64,000 nt of DNA, taken from the NCBI GenBank assembly GCA_035652335.1, contig DASRDZ010000010.1, positions 39,594-103,593 on the forward strand, read 5' to 3'. This DNA is from Candidatus Dormiibacterota bacterium (GTDB lineage: Bacteria > Chloroflexota > Dormibacteria > Aeolococcales > Aeolococcaceae). Below the pieces are notes generated by a model. The model worked only from the letters and a program-made list of their open reading frames with translations. It had not been told where the DNA came from and did not search any database. The stretch's first letter is position 1, and each line of letters opens with the position of its first letter. This document shows positions 27,273 through 36,327 of the stretch, piece after piece. The position numbers and the translations under genes were made by a program.

Positions 27273-28961
27273 TCACTCCACGTCGCGGTCGACCAGCTCC
27301 TCCATGAGCTGCAGGGCCACCCCGGCGGTCCAGGTATAGCGCCCGGTGCCCAGGCCGCAGCCGTCCTCGTGGGAGAGGTGCTCGAAGGCGTCGCCGCCCG
27401 CAGCGTACGCCGTCGCCACCGCGTCGCAGAAGGCGCGCGCGATCGCCGTGGCCAGCTCGACCTCGCCGTAGCGCATCAGCGCCTGGCAGGTGTGCAGCTG
27501 GTGGGGGCCCCAGATCGTGCCCGACCAGAACTCCGTCGGCGCGCCCGGCGCGGGATGCTTGCCGTCGAGCGGATGGTTGCTCTTGATGCCGTACGGCGAG
27601 AGCAGCCCCTTGTGCTCCACGCGGAACCAGCGCAGCTCCACCTCCTCGACGTCACACCCGGGTGCGTCGAGACGCAGCTCGCGGATCCCCGGGATCCAGT
27701 GTGGCCCGTCGCCGGGGAGGTGCGCCATGGTGTCGTGGCCCGCTCGTCCCTCGACGGCTCCCGGTTGCACCGCGTCCAGCGCGAGGAACGGATGCACCTC
27801 GCCGTTCCTGTCGGTCATGGTGAGTCGCAGCGACGCGCCGGCCTGGGCGCGCGCGACGCGCACCGACGCCTCCATCCGCGGGAACGCCGCGGCCGCCGGT
27901 CCGCGATCCGCGCCGAAGCGCGCGACGAAGCCACTCGGCGCCAGCTCCACTCCGCCCGCCGCCGCGCCCGCGCCGCGCGAGGGATGCAATCCGTCGGTGA
28001 CGACCTGGTAGCCGTTGTACAGCTGCGAGCCCAGCCGCACCGTCATCGCGCCGTCCCACTGCGGGTAGCCGCGCCGCCGGCCGCGAAGCGTCTCCACGAT
28101 GGCCCGCGCCTGCTCCTCGCTGGCGAAGCCGGCCCACATCGGCATCAGCATCGCCGGCGTGTGCCGGTACACGCGAGGCTGCGCGGCGCAGAGATCGCGG
28201 CGAACGACGGGGAAGAATCCACCGACGTCGCCGTCCCACATCGCCTCGTTCATCCGCGCGGCGAGAGCGTCGCGCCGCGCCAGCCACGCGGGCGTCGAAC
28301 CGGCGTCGACACGCGACGCCATGCGCACCAGGGCGTCGAGCTCCATCCAGAGACAGGAGTTGAGGAACACGTCGGCGATGGGCTCGTGCACCAGTCCGTC
28401 GTCGCTGACCGGGGTTGGCTCTCCCATCACCAGGTCGCGCTCCGGCGAGTAGTCGTGCCCGGACTCGTAGGCGACGAAGGTCGTCGTCGAGCCGCCGTAT
28501 TCGGACAGGCCGTCGCCGTCGTGGTCACGCCGCGGCGACTGCCACCAGTCGACGTGCATCGCCAGCTTGGGGTATACGCGAGCCAGGAAGGCGTCGTCGG
28601 GCTCGCAGGCGTCGACCTCCATGGCCAGCCAGGCGAGCATGGGCACCTGGGACCCGTCCTGCCCCGCCATGTGCCCGTCGCGATGCATGTGGCGCGCCAC
28701 CATTCCGCGGTCGGGGCCGTCCTGCTCCTGGAAGTCGAGCATGTTCTCGACGAAGCCCCTGGCCAGGTCGGGACGCCGGCCGACGGTGGCGACGCCACGC
28801 GCGGAGTAGGGGATGTCCCAGGTGAACTGCAGCCCGAAGCGCTCGTAGAAGGGCGCGACGCGCAGCGCCGTCCGCTTGTACACGCCGCCCGCGGGCACGA
28901 TGTTGTCGCCGAGGCTCAGCCGGTACAGCGCGCGCCGCAGCGACGGCGGGTAGCGATCCAT
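27273..28961 (-). CDS. (alpha/alpha)6-barrel glycoside hydrolase, GH63-like (mannosyl/glucosyl-glycerate hydrolase-type or trehalase-like)
   Basis: 562 aa. WDGDVGGFFP and HxWxxWxxG-like six-hairpin motifs. It starts immediately after the AKR stop, suggesting an operon. Confidence 0.65.
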   Translation of the reverse strand: MDRYPPSLRRALYRLSLGDNIVPAGGVYKRTALRVAPFYERFGLQFTWDIPYSARGVATVGRRPDLARGFVENMLDFQEQDGPDRGMVARHMHRDGHMAGQDGSQVPMLAWLAMEVDACEPDDAFLARVYPKLAMHVDWWQSPRRDHDGDGLSEYGGSTTTFVAYESGHDYSPERDLVMGEPTPVSDDGLVHEPIADVFLNSCLWMELDALVRMASRVDAGSTPAWLARRDALAARMNEAMWDGDVGGFFPVVRRDLCAAQPRVYRHTPAMLMPMWAGFASEEQARAIVETLRGRRRGYPQWDGAMTVRLGSQLYNGYQVVTDGLHPSRGAGAAAGGVELAPSGFVARFGADRGPAAAAFPRMEASVRVARAQAGASLRLTMTDRNGEVHPFLALDAVQPGAVEGRAGHDTMAHLPGDGPHWIPGIRELRLDAPGCDVEEVELRWFRVEHKGLLSPYGIKSNHPLDGKHPAPGAPTEFWSGTIWGPHQLHTCQALMRYGEVELATAIARAFCDAVATAYAAGGDAFEHLSHEDGCGLGTGRYTWTAGVALQLMEELVDRDVE

Positions 28962-29852
28962 CTACAGCAGCGCGGAGATCAGCGGGCGGGTTGCGGTGTC
29001 GCGGATGGCATCCTCGATCTGCTCGGCGCTGAGCGGTGTGAAGGCGCGCACCGCTTCGAGGACGGTGGGCATGATGCGCAGGTCGCCGACGGTCGGGATG
29101 CCCGTCACCGGCAGCGACAGCGTGAAGTTCACCGCGTCCTGGATGGCGTTGCGCTGGTCGAGCGGCTCGTACCAGGTGTTGTAGCGCCGCGCGGAGGGAT
29201 CGTTCCACGGCCCCTTGGCGATGGCCTTGATGGCCATGATCCCGAGGTCGCGCTCCGCGGCGGTGGCGAAGAGCTTCTCCAGCTCGGTGCGGTACTCGGG
29301 CACGCCCATCATCGAGGCGTTCACGGGAAGCATGATGGTGTCGAGGTCGAGCGCGTCCAGGGCGCGGTTGGCGACGCGCGCCACGTGCTCGAGATGCCCG
29401 GTCAGCCCGATCCAGCGCGTCAGGCCCTGCTCGCGCGCCTCCAGCAGCGCCTCGGCCGCGCCGCCGGGTGCGAGGATGGCGTCGAGGTCGTCGTCGTTGC
29501 AGACGGCGTGGAACTGGTGCAGGTCGACGCGGTCGACGTGCAGCGTCCGCAGCGAGTTCTCCAGCTCGCGCCAGAAGCCGTCGCGGGTGCGCTCGCCACT
29601 CTTGCAGCCGAGGAACACGCGATCGCGGAACGACGGAAGGGTGCGGCCGAGCTGCTCCTGGGCCATGCCGTACTGCGGCGCGACGTCGACGTGGTTGACG
29701 CCGCCGTCGAGCGCGAAGCGGATCGCCGCGTCACCCGAGTCGGGATCGTCGACCTGCCAGAAGGCGGCCATGCCCAGGATGGCCATGCTCGACATGTGGC
29801 CGGTGCGGCCGAGGCGGCGCCGGCCCAGCTCCGCCTGGGCAGACTCGGGCAT
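28962..29852 (-). CDS. Aldo/keto reductase
   Basis: AKR fold motifs (GVNHVDVAPQYG, LGCKSGE, HVDRVDLHQFHAV). Confidence 0.85.
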   Translation of the reverse strand: MPESAQAELGRRRLGRTGHMSSMAILGMAAFWQVDDPDSGDAAIRFALDGGVNHVDVAPQYGMAQEQLGRTLPSFRDRVFLGCKSGERTRDGFWRELENSLRTLHVDRVDLHQFHAVCNDDDLDAILAPGGAAEALLEAREQGLTRWIGLTGHLEHVARVANRALDALDLDTIMLPVNASMMGVPEYRTELEKLFATAAERDLGIMAIKAIAKGPWNDPSARRYNTWYEPLDQRNAIQDAVNFTLSLPVTGIPTVGDLRIMPTVLEAVRAFTPLSAEQIEDAIRDTATRPLISALL

Positions 29853-29903
29853 GGGGGGGAATGGTAGCGATCTTTACGATCGTCCGCCAGCGGGAGGCGA
29901 GCC

Positions 29904-31160
29904 TCAGCCGAGCAGGGCCTGGTCGACGACCCGGAAGGACGGCGTGGCCTGCCCCATGGCCAGCTGGATGGCTCCGAGGAGCGGTGCGTCGGGACCGATC
30001 GCGGTGGTCTCCACCGCCACCGCCTCGGCCGGCAGGCAGTGTCGCGCGGCCGAGGCCTGGGCCGCCTCGACGTAGGCCTCGCTGGCCACCAGCGGACCGC
30101 CGAGGACGACGATCGAGGGCGAGAGCACGTTGACCAGGTAGGCGATGCCGCGTCCCAGCTGGTCGCCCGCCTCGCGCACAGCGCGCAATGCGACGGCGTC
30201 GCCGTCACGGGCCAGCTCGACGACCATGTCGGCGGTCAGCCGCCGGCGGCCGCGCTGCAGCCTGGAGGACTCTCCTCCGCTCTTGAGCAGCTCACCGGCA
30301 TGGCGCACGATCGCCTGGCTGCTGGCCACCGTCTCCAGGCAGCCGCGGTTGCCGCAGCTGCAGCGCACGCCGTTCTCCACCACCGGCGAGTGGCCGACCT
30401 CGCCGGCATAGCCGGTGGCGCCGCTGAAGAGCGTGCCGTCGAGCACGACGCCTGCGCCGATGCCGCTGCCCGCGTACACCCAGACCAGGACGCGATGCTC
30501 CTCGCCGCGCAGCCGCGACTCCGCGATCGCCGCCGCGTGCGTCGAGTTGGCCACCACCGTGGGTGCACCGACCGCCGCCTGCACGCGCTGGCGGATGGGC
30601 ACGTCGTGCCAGTCGAGGTTGGGCGCGATGGCGCAGACGCCGCTGCTCGGGTCGACCAGCCCCGGCACCGCCACGCCGGCGCCGCGCACCTGCTCGCGCT
30701 TGACGCCGCTGCGGCTGATGGCCTGGCGCAGCGCCTTCTGCGCGTCACGGACCGACTGGTCGACATCGCCGTGCACGGCGGGCGTGGTCGCGGTGCTGAC
30801 CAGGTTGCCCAGCCCGTCGGTGACCGCGACGTGGGTGGTGTTGACGCCGAACTGGATGCCGGCGAAGGCGACGGCGCGCTCGTTGTAGACGAGCAGCGAG
30901 GGCGGCCGTCCGGTGCGATGCGTGGCCGGGTCGGCCCCCGTCTCGCGGACGAGGCCGGCGCCGACCAGGTCCTCGACGATGGAGGAGACCGTCGGCTTGC
31001 TCAGCCGGGTGCGCCGGGCCAGCTCGACGCGGGAGACCGGCTGCCCCTCGCGGAGGATGTCGAGCACGATGCTGCGATTGACCTCGCGCATCATGCCGTG
31101 GGCGACCTTGGTGCCCGTCGCCCGCCTCGAGGCCGTGCGGTCGCTGCTCACGGGCCGCAT
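29904..31160 (-). CDS. ROK-family transcriptional regulator (NagC/XylR-like)
   Basis: N-terminal HTH (RSIVLDILREGQPVSRVELARRTRLSKPTVSSIVEDL), the ROK zinc motif (CSCGNRGCLET) and the GIGAG sugar-kinase fold. Confidence 0.85.
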   Translation of the reverse strand: MRPVSSDRTASRRATGTKVAHGMMREVNRSIVLDILREGQPVSRVELARRTRLSKPTVSSIVEDLVGAGLVRETGADPATHRTGRPPSLLVYNERAVAFAGIQFGVNTTHVAVTDGLGNLVSTATTPAVHGDVDQSVRDAQKALRQAISRSGVKREQVRGAGVAVPGLVDPSSGVCAIAPNLDWHDVPIRQRVQAAVGAPTVVANSTHAAAIAESRLRGEEHRVLVWVYAGSGIGAGVVLDGTLFSGATGYAGEVGHSPVVENGVRCSCGNRGCLETVASSQAIVRHAGELLKSGGESSRLQRGRRRLTADMVVELARDGDAVALRAVREAGDQLGRGIAYLVNVLSPSIVVLGGPLVASEAYVEAAQASAARHCLPAEAVAVETTAIGPDAPLLGAIQLAMGQATPSFRVVDQALLG

Positions 31161-31227
31161 CCTAGCACCGGCCTAGTTAGTACAAATTATTTCCTTTCTG
31201 GGCCCGATTGGGGTAGAATCCCAGGCC
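31161..31227. promoter_or_regulatory. Divergent ROK-regulator / MR-dehydratase intergenic region with AT-rich box and a TAGAAT -10
   Basis: CTAGTTAGTACAAATTATTTCCTTTCTGG ... GGGTAGAATCCCAGGCC-ATG. The TAGAAT lies 9 nt before the ATG at 31228, and an AT-rich box (a likely operator) sits beside it. Confidence 0.4.
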
Positions 31228-32532
31228 ATGCGCATCACCGGGATCTCCACCGCCGTGCTCGAGGCCAACTTCGACTGGACCCTGATCAGGGTTGACACCG
31301 ACGCCGGTGTGAGCGGGCTCGGCGAGGCCTTCTTCGCCCCGGGCCTGACCGCCATGGTCCGCGAGTTCGCCACCATCCTGGAGGGCGAGAACCCGCTCGA
31401 CGTCGACCGCCTCTACCAGAAGATGCGCTGGGCGGGCTCGGCGGGCGCCATCGCGGGCTACGTGTACAACGCCATCAGCGGCATCGAGTCGGCGCTCTGG
31501 GACCTCAAGGGCCGAGCCCTGGGCGTGCCCATCTGGCAGCTCCTCGGCGGGCGCTTCCGCGACGCGGTGCGCATCTACGCCGACTGCCACGGCGGCAGCG
31601 CTCTGGAGTCGCTGGGACCGCTGCTGCAGCGCCGCCGCCCGTCGTGGGTGGAGGACGAGCACGCGCCCGCCACCGGCGGCTACTTCGACACCCTGGCCGG
31701 TGACGAGGAGTGCTTCACCCCCGAGGCCTACGCGCAGACCGCGCGCGACGCGGTGGCGATGGGCTTCGACGCCATCAAGTTCGACCTCGACGTCCCGGTG
31801 ATGGGCACGCGCCCGCCCGACGCGTACGCGCGCAACCTCTCGCCCGCGCAGCTCGACCACATGGTGCGACTCGTGGCGGCGGCATGCGAGGCGGCGGGGC
31901 CACATGTCGAGGTCGCCTTCGACTGCCACTGGCGCTTCACCGTGCAGGACGCCGTGCGACTCGCGCGCCGCATCGAGGGGTATCCCGTCGCCTGGCTGGA
32001 GGATCCCACGCCGCCGGAGAACGCCGCCACGCTGGCGCGCGTCACCGCCAAGACCTCGACGCCGATCGGCTGCGGCGAGAACTGGTTCGGCCGCGAGGGC
32101 TTCCGCGAGCCGCTGGCGCTCGGCGCCATCGACGTCGCCCTGCCCGACCTGCAGAAGTGCGGCGGTCTCGGTGAGGGCAGGCGCATCGCCGACCTCGCCG
32201 ACATGCACGACATCCCCCTCTCGCCGCACAACATCTCCAGCCCCATCGGGACCATGGCCTCGGCGCACCTCTGCGCCGCCATCCCCAACTTCCGCTCGCT
32301 GGAGTGGCACGCCATGAGCGTGCCGTTCTTCGACTCGCTCGTGCTCGGCGGCACCAGGATCATCCAGGACGGGCACGTCGTGCTCCCGGAGTCTCCCGGT
32401 CTCGGCATCGAGCTCGACTACGACGAGGCGCGGCGCTGGGCCAAGGCCGGCGAGCCGTTCTTCGACGAGGCGCCGACCGTGCTCGCGGGTGAGCGCGCCG
32501 CGACGGCTGCGGAGCCGGTGCCGGCGAGCTAG
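31228..32532 (+). CDS. Mandelate racemase/muconate lactonizing enzyme family (enolase superfamily) sugar-acid dehydratase
   Basis: 434 aa. MR-family capping domain and barrel (KFDLD ... WLEDP ... CGE). A TAGAAT -10 hexamer sits only 9 nt upstream of the ATG, suggesting a leaderless or short-leader transcript. Confidence 0.85.
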   Translation: MRITGISTAVLEANFDWTLIRVDTDAGVSGLGEAFFAPGLTAMVREFATILEGENPLDVDRLYQKMRWAGSAGAIAGYVYNAISGIESALWDLKGRALGVPIWQLLGGRFRDAVRIYADCHGGSALESLGPLLQRRRPSWVEDEHAPATGGYFDTLAGDEECFTPEAYAQTARDAVAMGFDAIKFDLDVPVMGTRPPDAYARNLSPAQLDHMVRLVAAACEAAGPHVEVAFDCHWRFTVQDAVRLARRIEGYPVAWLEDPTPPENAATLARVTAKTSTPIGCGENWFGREGFREPLALGAIDVALPDLQKCGGLGEGRRIADLADMHDIPLSPHNISSPIGTMASAHLCAAIPNFRSLEWHAMSVPFFDSLVLGGTRIIQDGHVVLPESPGLGIELDYDEARRWAKAGEPFFDEAPTVLAGERAATAAEPVPAS

Positions 32533-33206
32533 AAGCGCCCGGCCTCCTTGAAGAGCGACAGGGCGCGCTCGCGACGCGCCAGGCGCTCGCGGATCGCCGA
32601 CTCCTCGGCGCAGCACACCTCGGCCGCCTCGACGATCTCCGCCAGGCGGTCGCGCGGCACCACCACCACACCGTCCAGGTCGGCGACCAGGTAATCGCCA
32701 AGGGCGACCCGAACTCCCTCGATCTCGACGGGCTCGCCGACCGCGGTGATGCGGTAGCGACCGACCACGTCGATCGGGGTGCGGTAGCGGTACCAGACGG
32801 GGAAGCCGGTGGCGGCGACCAGCGCCCCGTCGCGCAGACCCCCGTCGATGATCGCGCCGCGCAGCCCGCCGACCTTGCAGGAGTTGGCGCTCAGCTCGCC
32901 GAAGTGCGCCGCCCAGGGTGGGTTGACGCCGGCGTTGGCCAGCAGCACCGAGCCGGCCGGCGCCGCCTCGTAGGCCTCGAGGATCTCGGAGATGATCACG
33001 TCGCGGTCGCGGATGGGCGTGACCTCGAAGCGATAGGGGAAGGCGGGACCGGCGACGCGCTGCGCCTCGTCGATGGCGACGAAGCCCGGTGGCAGCGCCT
33101 GGTGCCACATGTCGCGCTCCTCCATCACGTCGAGGATGGCGGGCGCGTAGAGGGCCTCCAGCCGCTCGGCCCAGGGATCCTGCGGCAGCGCGCCGTTCTC
33201 AGCCAC
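32529..33206 (-). CDS. RraA-family protein (4-hydroxy-4-methyl-2-oxoglutarate aldolase / RraA-like)
   Basis: Start trimmed to the GTG at 33206 (VAENGALPQDPWAERLEALYAPAILDVMEE...), 3 nt after the upstream ADH stop. The Ser-rich 31-aa N-terminus of the track ORF overlaps that ADH and is rejected. Confidence 0.7.
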   Translation of the reverse strand: MAENGALPQDPWAERLEALYAPAILDVMEERDMWHQALPPGFVAIDEAQRVAGPAFPYRFEVTPIRDRDVIISEILEAYEAAPAGSVLLANAGVNPPWAAHFGELSANSCKVGGLRGAIIDGGLRDGALVAATGFPVWYRYRTPIDVVGRYRITAVGEPVEIEGVRVALGDYLVADLDGVVVVPRDRLAEIVEAAEVCCAEESAIRERLARRERALSLFKEAGRF

Positions 33207-34224
33207 GGCAGTCGACCAGGATCTTGAGATGTGGCTGGGGATCGTCGATGAGCCGCTGGAAGCCCTGCTCGACGACGCCGTCGAGCGGGATGCAGTCACT
33301 CACCACCGGCTCCCAGTCGATCTCGTGCGCGGCGAGCAGCTCCATGGCGGGGCGGTAGTCGTCGTCGAGGGTGTGCGAGAGCGAGGCGACGATGCTGCGC
33401 TCCTCGAGCACCAGCGCGCAGAGGTCGAGCGGCTGCGGCGCGGGATGCACGCCGACGACGACCGTCACGCCGCTCTTCGCGGTGGCCTCGACGGCCTCGG
33501 CGAAGCCGGTCGGCTGCCCGCTGCACTCGAAGACGACCTGCGCTCGCGGCGCGGCGGTCTCGGGCGCATCGGACTCGAAGCCGAGCTGCCGGGCGACGGC
33601 GCGGCGCGACGGATGCGGCTCGCGCACCAGCACCGCGCGGGCTCCTCGTGCGCGTGCCACCTGCGCGGTGAACAGCCCCACAGGCCCGGCGCCGAACACC
33701 TGGACCGTCTGCCCGCGCAGGTCGCCGGCCCGGCGCACCGCGCGGACGGCGACGCTGAGCGGCTCGGCGATGGCGCCGATCTCGTCCGGAACTCCGTCGG
33801 GGATGGGCACGCACATCGAGGCGGGGACGTTGACCGCCTCGGCAAGCGCCCCGTCCAGCATCAGGCCGATGGCGGCCATGCGCTCGCAGAGCTGGGGCAT
33901 GCGGGCGCGGCAGCGCTCGCAGGTGGTGCAGCCGACGCTGTTCTCCATGCCGACGCGGGTGCCGGCGTCGATCCCGGCGCCGTCACCGGCGGCGACGACG
34001 ACGCCCATGCCCTCGTGGCCCAGCACCAGGGGAAGCTGCCTGCCGGTCAGCGGGTGCGGCTCGGTGGGGATGAGCACAGGCCCGTGGAGGATCTCGTCGA
34101 CGTCGGTGCCGCAGATGCCGCAGAAGCCGACCGCGACGGTGACCCACCCGGGCGGCGGCGCGGGCGGGCTGGGCCAGTCCTGGGTGCGGACGTCGTGGCG
34201 GCCCTGGTAGACGGTCGCGAGCAT
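33199..34224 (-). CDS. Zn-dependent alcohol dehydrogenase (MDR family), second copy
   Basis: Real start is the ATG at 34224 (MLATVYQGRHDV...); the upstream 183 codons in the track are Arg-rich junk. GFCGICGTDVDE..GHEGMG and CTTCERCRARMPQLC zinc sites. Confidence 0.85.
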   Translation of the reverse strand: MLATVYQGRHDVRTQDWPSPPAPPPGWVTVAVGFCGICGTDVDEILHGPVLIPTEPHPLTGRQLPLVLGHEGMGVVVAAGDGAGIDAGTRVGMENSVGCTTCERCRARMPQLCERMAAIGLMLDGALAEAVNVPASMCVPIPDGVPDEIGAIAEPLSVAVRAVRRAGDLRGQTVQVFGAGPVGLFTAQVARARGARAVLVREPHPSRRAVARQLGFESDAPETAAPRAQVVFECSGQPTGFAEAVEATAKSGVTVVVGVHPAPQPLDLCALVLEERSIVASLSHTLDDDYRPAMELLAAHEIDWEPVVSDCIPLDGVVEQGFQRLIDDPQPHLKILVDCRG

Positions 34225-34265
34225 CTCCCTCAACTCTACCAGGTTTCGTTCGAAAATCTTACAAA

Positions 34266-35009
34266 TCAGCCCGCCGCGATGCCGCCGTCGAGCACCAAGG
34301 CGGTGCCGGTGGCGAAGGCCGCGGCGTCGCTGGCCAGGTAGCAGACGGCCTCGGCCACCTCGGCGGGCGTGCCCAGGCGTCCCAGCGGCTGCCGGCCGAC
34401 CAGCTGGCGGCGCGCCTCGGCGGCGTCGGGCGCGGCGTCGAGCAGCCGTCCCACCCAGGGTGAGTCCACCGTGCCGGGGCATACGCAGTTGCAGCGCACG
34501 CCGCGCGTCGCGTACTGCACCGCGACCTGCTTGGTGAGGGTGATCACCGCGCCCTTGCTGGCGCAGTAGGCGGCGCGGTCGCGCAGGCCGATCATCCCCG
34601 CCACCGACGCGGTGTTGACGATCACGCCGCCGCCGTCCTGGGCGAGCATCTGCTTCGCCGCATGCTTGCAGCCGAGGAAGACGCCCCGCACGTTGACGGC
34701 GAACACCCTGTCCCACTCCTCGACGCTGCACTCCACGACGTCGACGGTGGAGCCGATGCCGGCGTTGTTGCACATGATGTCGAGCCGTCCCCGCCGGGCG
34801 ACCGCGGCGGCGACCAGGGCTGCGACGTCGCTCTCGCTGCTGACGTCCGCCTGCATCGGCGTGGCCCGCTCCGGCACGCCGCCCGTGTCGCGGTCGGCTC
34901 CGATCACCCAGGCGCCCTCGTCGAGGAGGATGCGGGTGATCTCCCTGCCGATGCCGGAGCCCGCGCCGGTGACGATGGCGGTGCGGCCCTGGAAGCGCGG
35001 TCCGCTCAC
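34266..35009 (-). CDS. Short-chain dehydrogenase/reductase (SDR)
   Basis: GTG start 6 nt after GAGGAG. TGAGSGIGRE cofactor motif, NNAG, and the YxxxK catalytic context (YCASKGAV). Confidence 0.85.
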   Translation of the reverse strand: MSGPRFQGRTAIVTGAGSGIGREITRILLDEGAWVIGADRDTGGVPERATPMQADVSSESDVAALVAAAVARRGRLDIMCNNAGIGSTVDVVECSVEEWDRVFAVNVRGVFLGCKHAAKQMLAQDGGGVIVNTASVAGMIGLRDRAAYCASKGAVITLTKQVAVQYATRGVRCNCVCPGTVDSPWVGRLLDAAPDAAEARRQLVGRQPLGRLGTPAEVAEAVCYLASDAAAFATGTALVLDGGIAAG

Positions 35010-35106
35010 TGTGCTCTCCTCATCGCGGCATTAGTATGCATAATTGCCGAACCCGGCCGAGGGCCCACCATGGTGCCGCGGCGGCCGGGACGGAAGGAGC
35101 CAGCCG
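35010..35106. promoter_or_regulatory. Divergent SDR / MR2 intergenic region with AT-rich box
   Basis: CATTAGTATGCATAATTGCCGAACC contains the palindromic core ATGCAT and a TGcATAAT extended -10-like element. Both flanking genes have strong RBSs. Confidence 0.4.
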
Positions 35107-36300
35107 GTGAAGGTCGACGCCGTCGAGACGGTACGCCTCGACGACCACCACGAGCACCTCTGGGTGCGCCTGCACACCGACGCGGGCATCGTCGGCACGG
35201 GTGAGACGACGCCGCGGGTGGGCAGCGTCGAGCGCATCGTCCACGAGGTGCTGGCGCCGCTGCTGCTCGGCGCCGAGGTGGCCCCGGAGCGCAACTGGCA
35301 GGCGATGTTCCGCGCGGTCGCCTACCACGGCTACGCCGGTGCGGAGCTGCGCGCCGTCTCCGCGCTGGACATGGCGCTGTGGGACGCGCTGGGACAGCAG
35401 GCGGGACTGCCCGTGCACCGGCTGCTGGGCGGCCCCTGCCGCGACGTGGTGCCGGTCTACAACACCTGCGTGTCGCACGGTCCGCTGCGCGACCACGAGC
35501 GCTTCATGGCCGACCCCGGCGGCCTCGCCCGCGACCTGGTCGACGAGGGCTACCGGGCGATGAAGATCTGGCCGTTCGACGAGCTCTCGCCCGCATCACT
35601 CGGGCATGACGTCGACCGCCGCGAGCTGCGCGCGGTCGCGCGCGTCTTCGCCGCCATCCGCGAGGCGGTGGGCGACCGCATCGAGGTTGCCCTGGAAGGC
35701 CATTCCTGCTGGGGTCTCCCCGCCGCGCTGCGCATCGCGCGCGAGGTGGAGGAGTTCGACCTGATGTGGCTGGAGGACATGCTGCACGCCGGCGATCCCG
35801 ACGCCTGGCGGGCGCTTCGGGAGTCGACGCGCACCCCCATCTGCGGCAGCGAGCGGCTCTTCACCCGCTACGGGATGGCGCCCTTCCTGCAGTGCGTCGA
35901 CGTCGTCAAGCAGGACGTGTGCTGGACGGGCGGCTTCACCGAGTTCGTCAAGGTGGCCGCCCTCTGCGGCGCGCACGAGCTGCCGGTGGCGCCGCACAAC
36001 TGCCACGGGCCGGTGGGCGCCATGGCGACGCTGCACGCCAGCGCGGCCATCCCCAACCTGCGCGTCATGGAGTCGGTGCGCGCCTTCACGCGCGGGTTCT
36101 TCGCCGACCTTGTCGACGAGCCGCCCGTGATCCGCGGCGAGGGCGCGGTCATCCCCGAGCGTCCGGGCCTGGGGCTGCGCCTGCGCGACGACGTGCTGGC
36201 GCGGGCGCGGCGCACCGTCAGCGAGCGTGGTGACGCCGTCGCCGCCGGCGGCTGGGGGGACGGCGATCCCTGGAAGGGCGGGCTGGGCGACCGCGTCTGA
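35107..36300 (+). CDS. Mandelate racemase/muconate lactonizing enzyme family (enolase superfamily), second copy
   Basis: GTG at 35107 sits 6 nt after GGAAGGAG. The 21 upstream codons of the track ORF (TTG start) lack an RBS. MR motifs (KIWPFD, WLEDM, CGSE). Confidence 0.8.
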   Translation: MKVDAVETVRLDDHHEHLWVRLHTDAGIVGTGETTPRVGSVERIVHEVLAPLLLGAEVAPERNWQAMFRAVAYHGYAGAELRAVSALDMALWDALGQQAGLPVHRLLGGPCRDVVPVYNTCVSHGPLRDHERFMADPGGLARDLVDEGYRAMKIWPFDELSPASLGHDVDRRELRAVARVFAAIREAVGDRIEVALEGHSCWGLPAALRIAREVEEFDLMWLEDMLHAGDPDAWRALRESTRTPICGSERLFTRYGMAPFLQCVDVVKQDVCWTGGFTEFVKVAALCGAHELPVAPHNCHGPVGAMATLHASAAIPNLRVMESVRAFTRGFFADLVDEPPVIRGEGAVIPERPGLGLRLRDDVLARARRTVSERGDAVAAGGWGDGDPWKGGLGDRV

Positions 36301-36327
36301 TCGCTTCGCGCTGGGAGCGCCTGCGCG

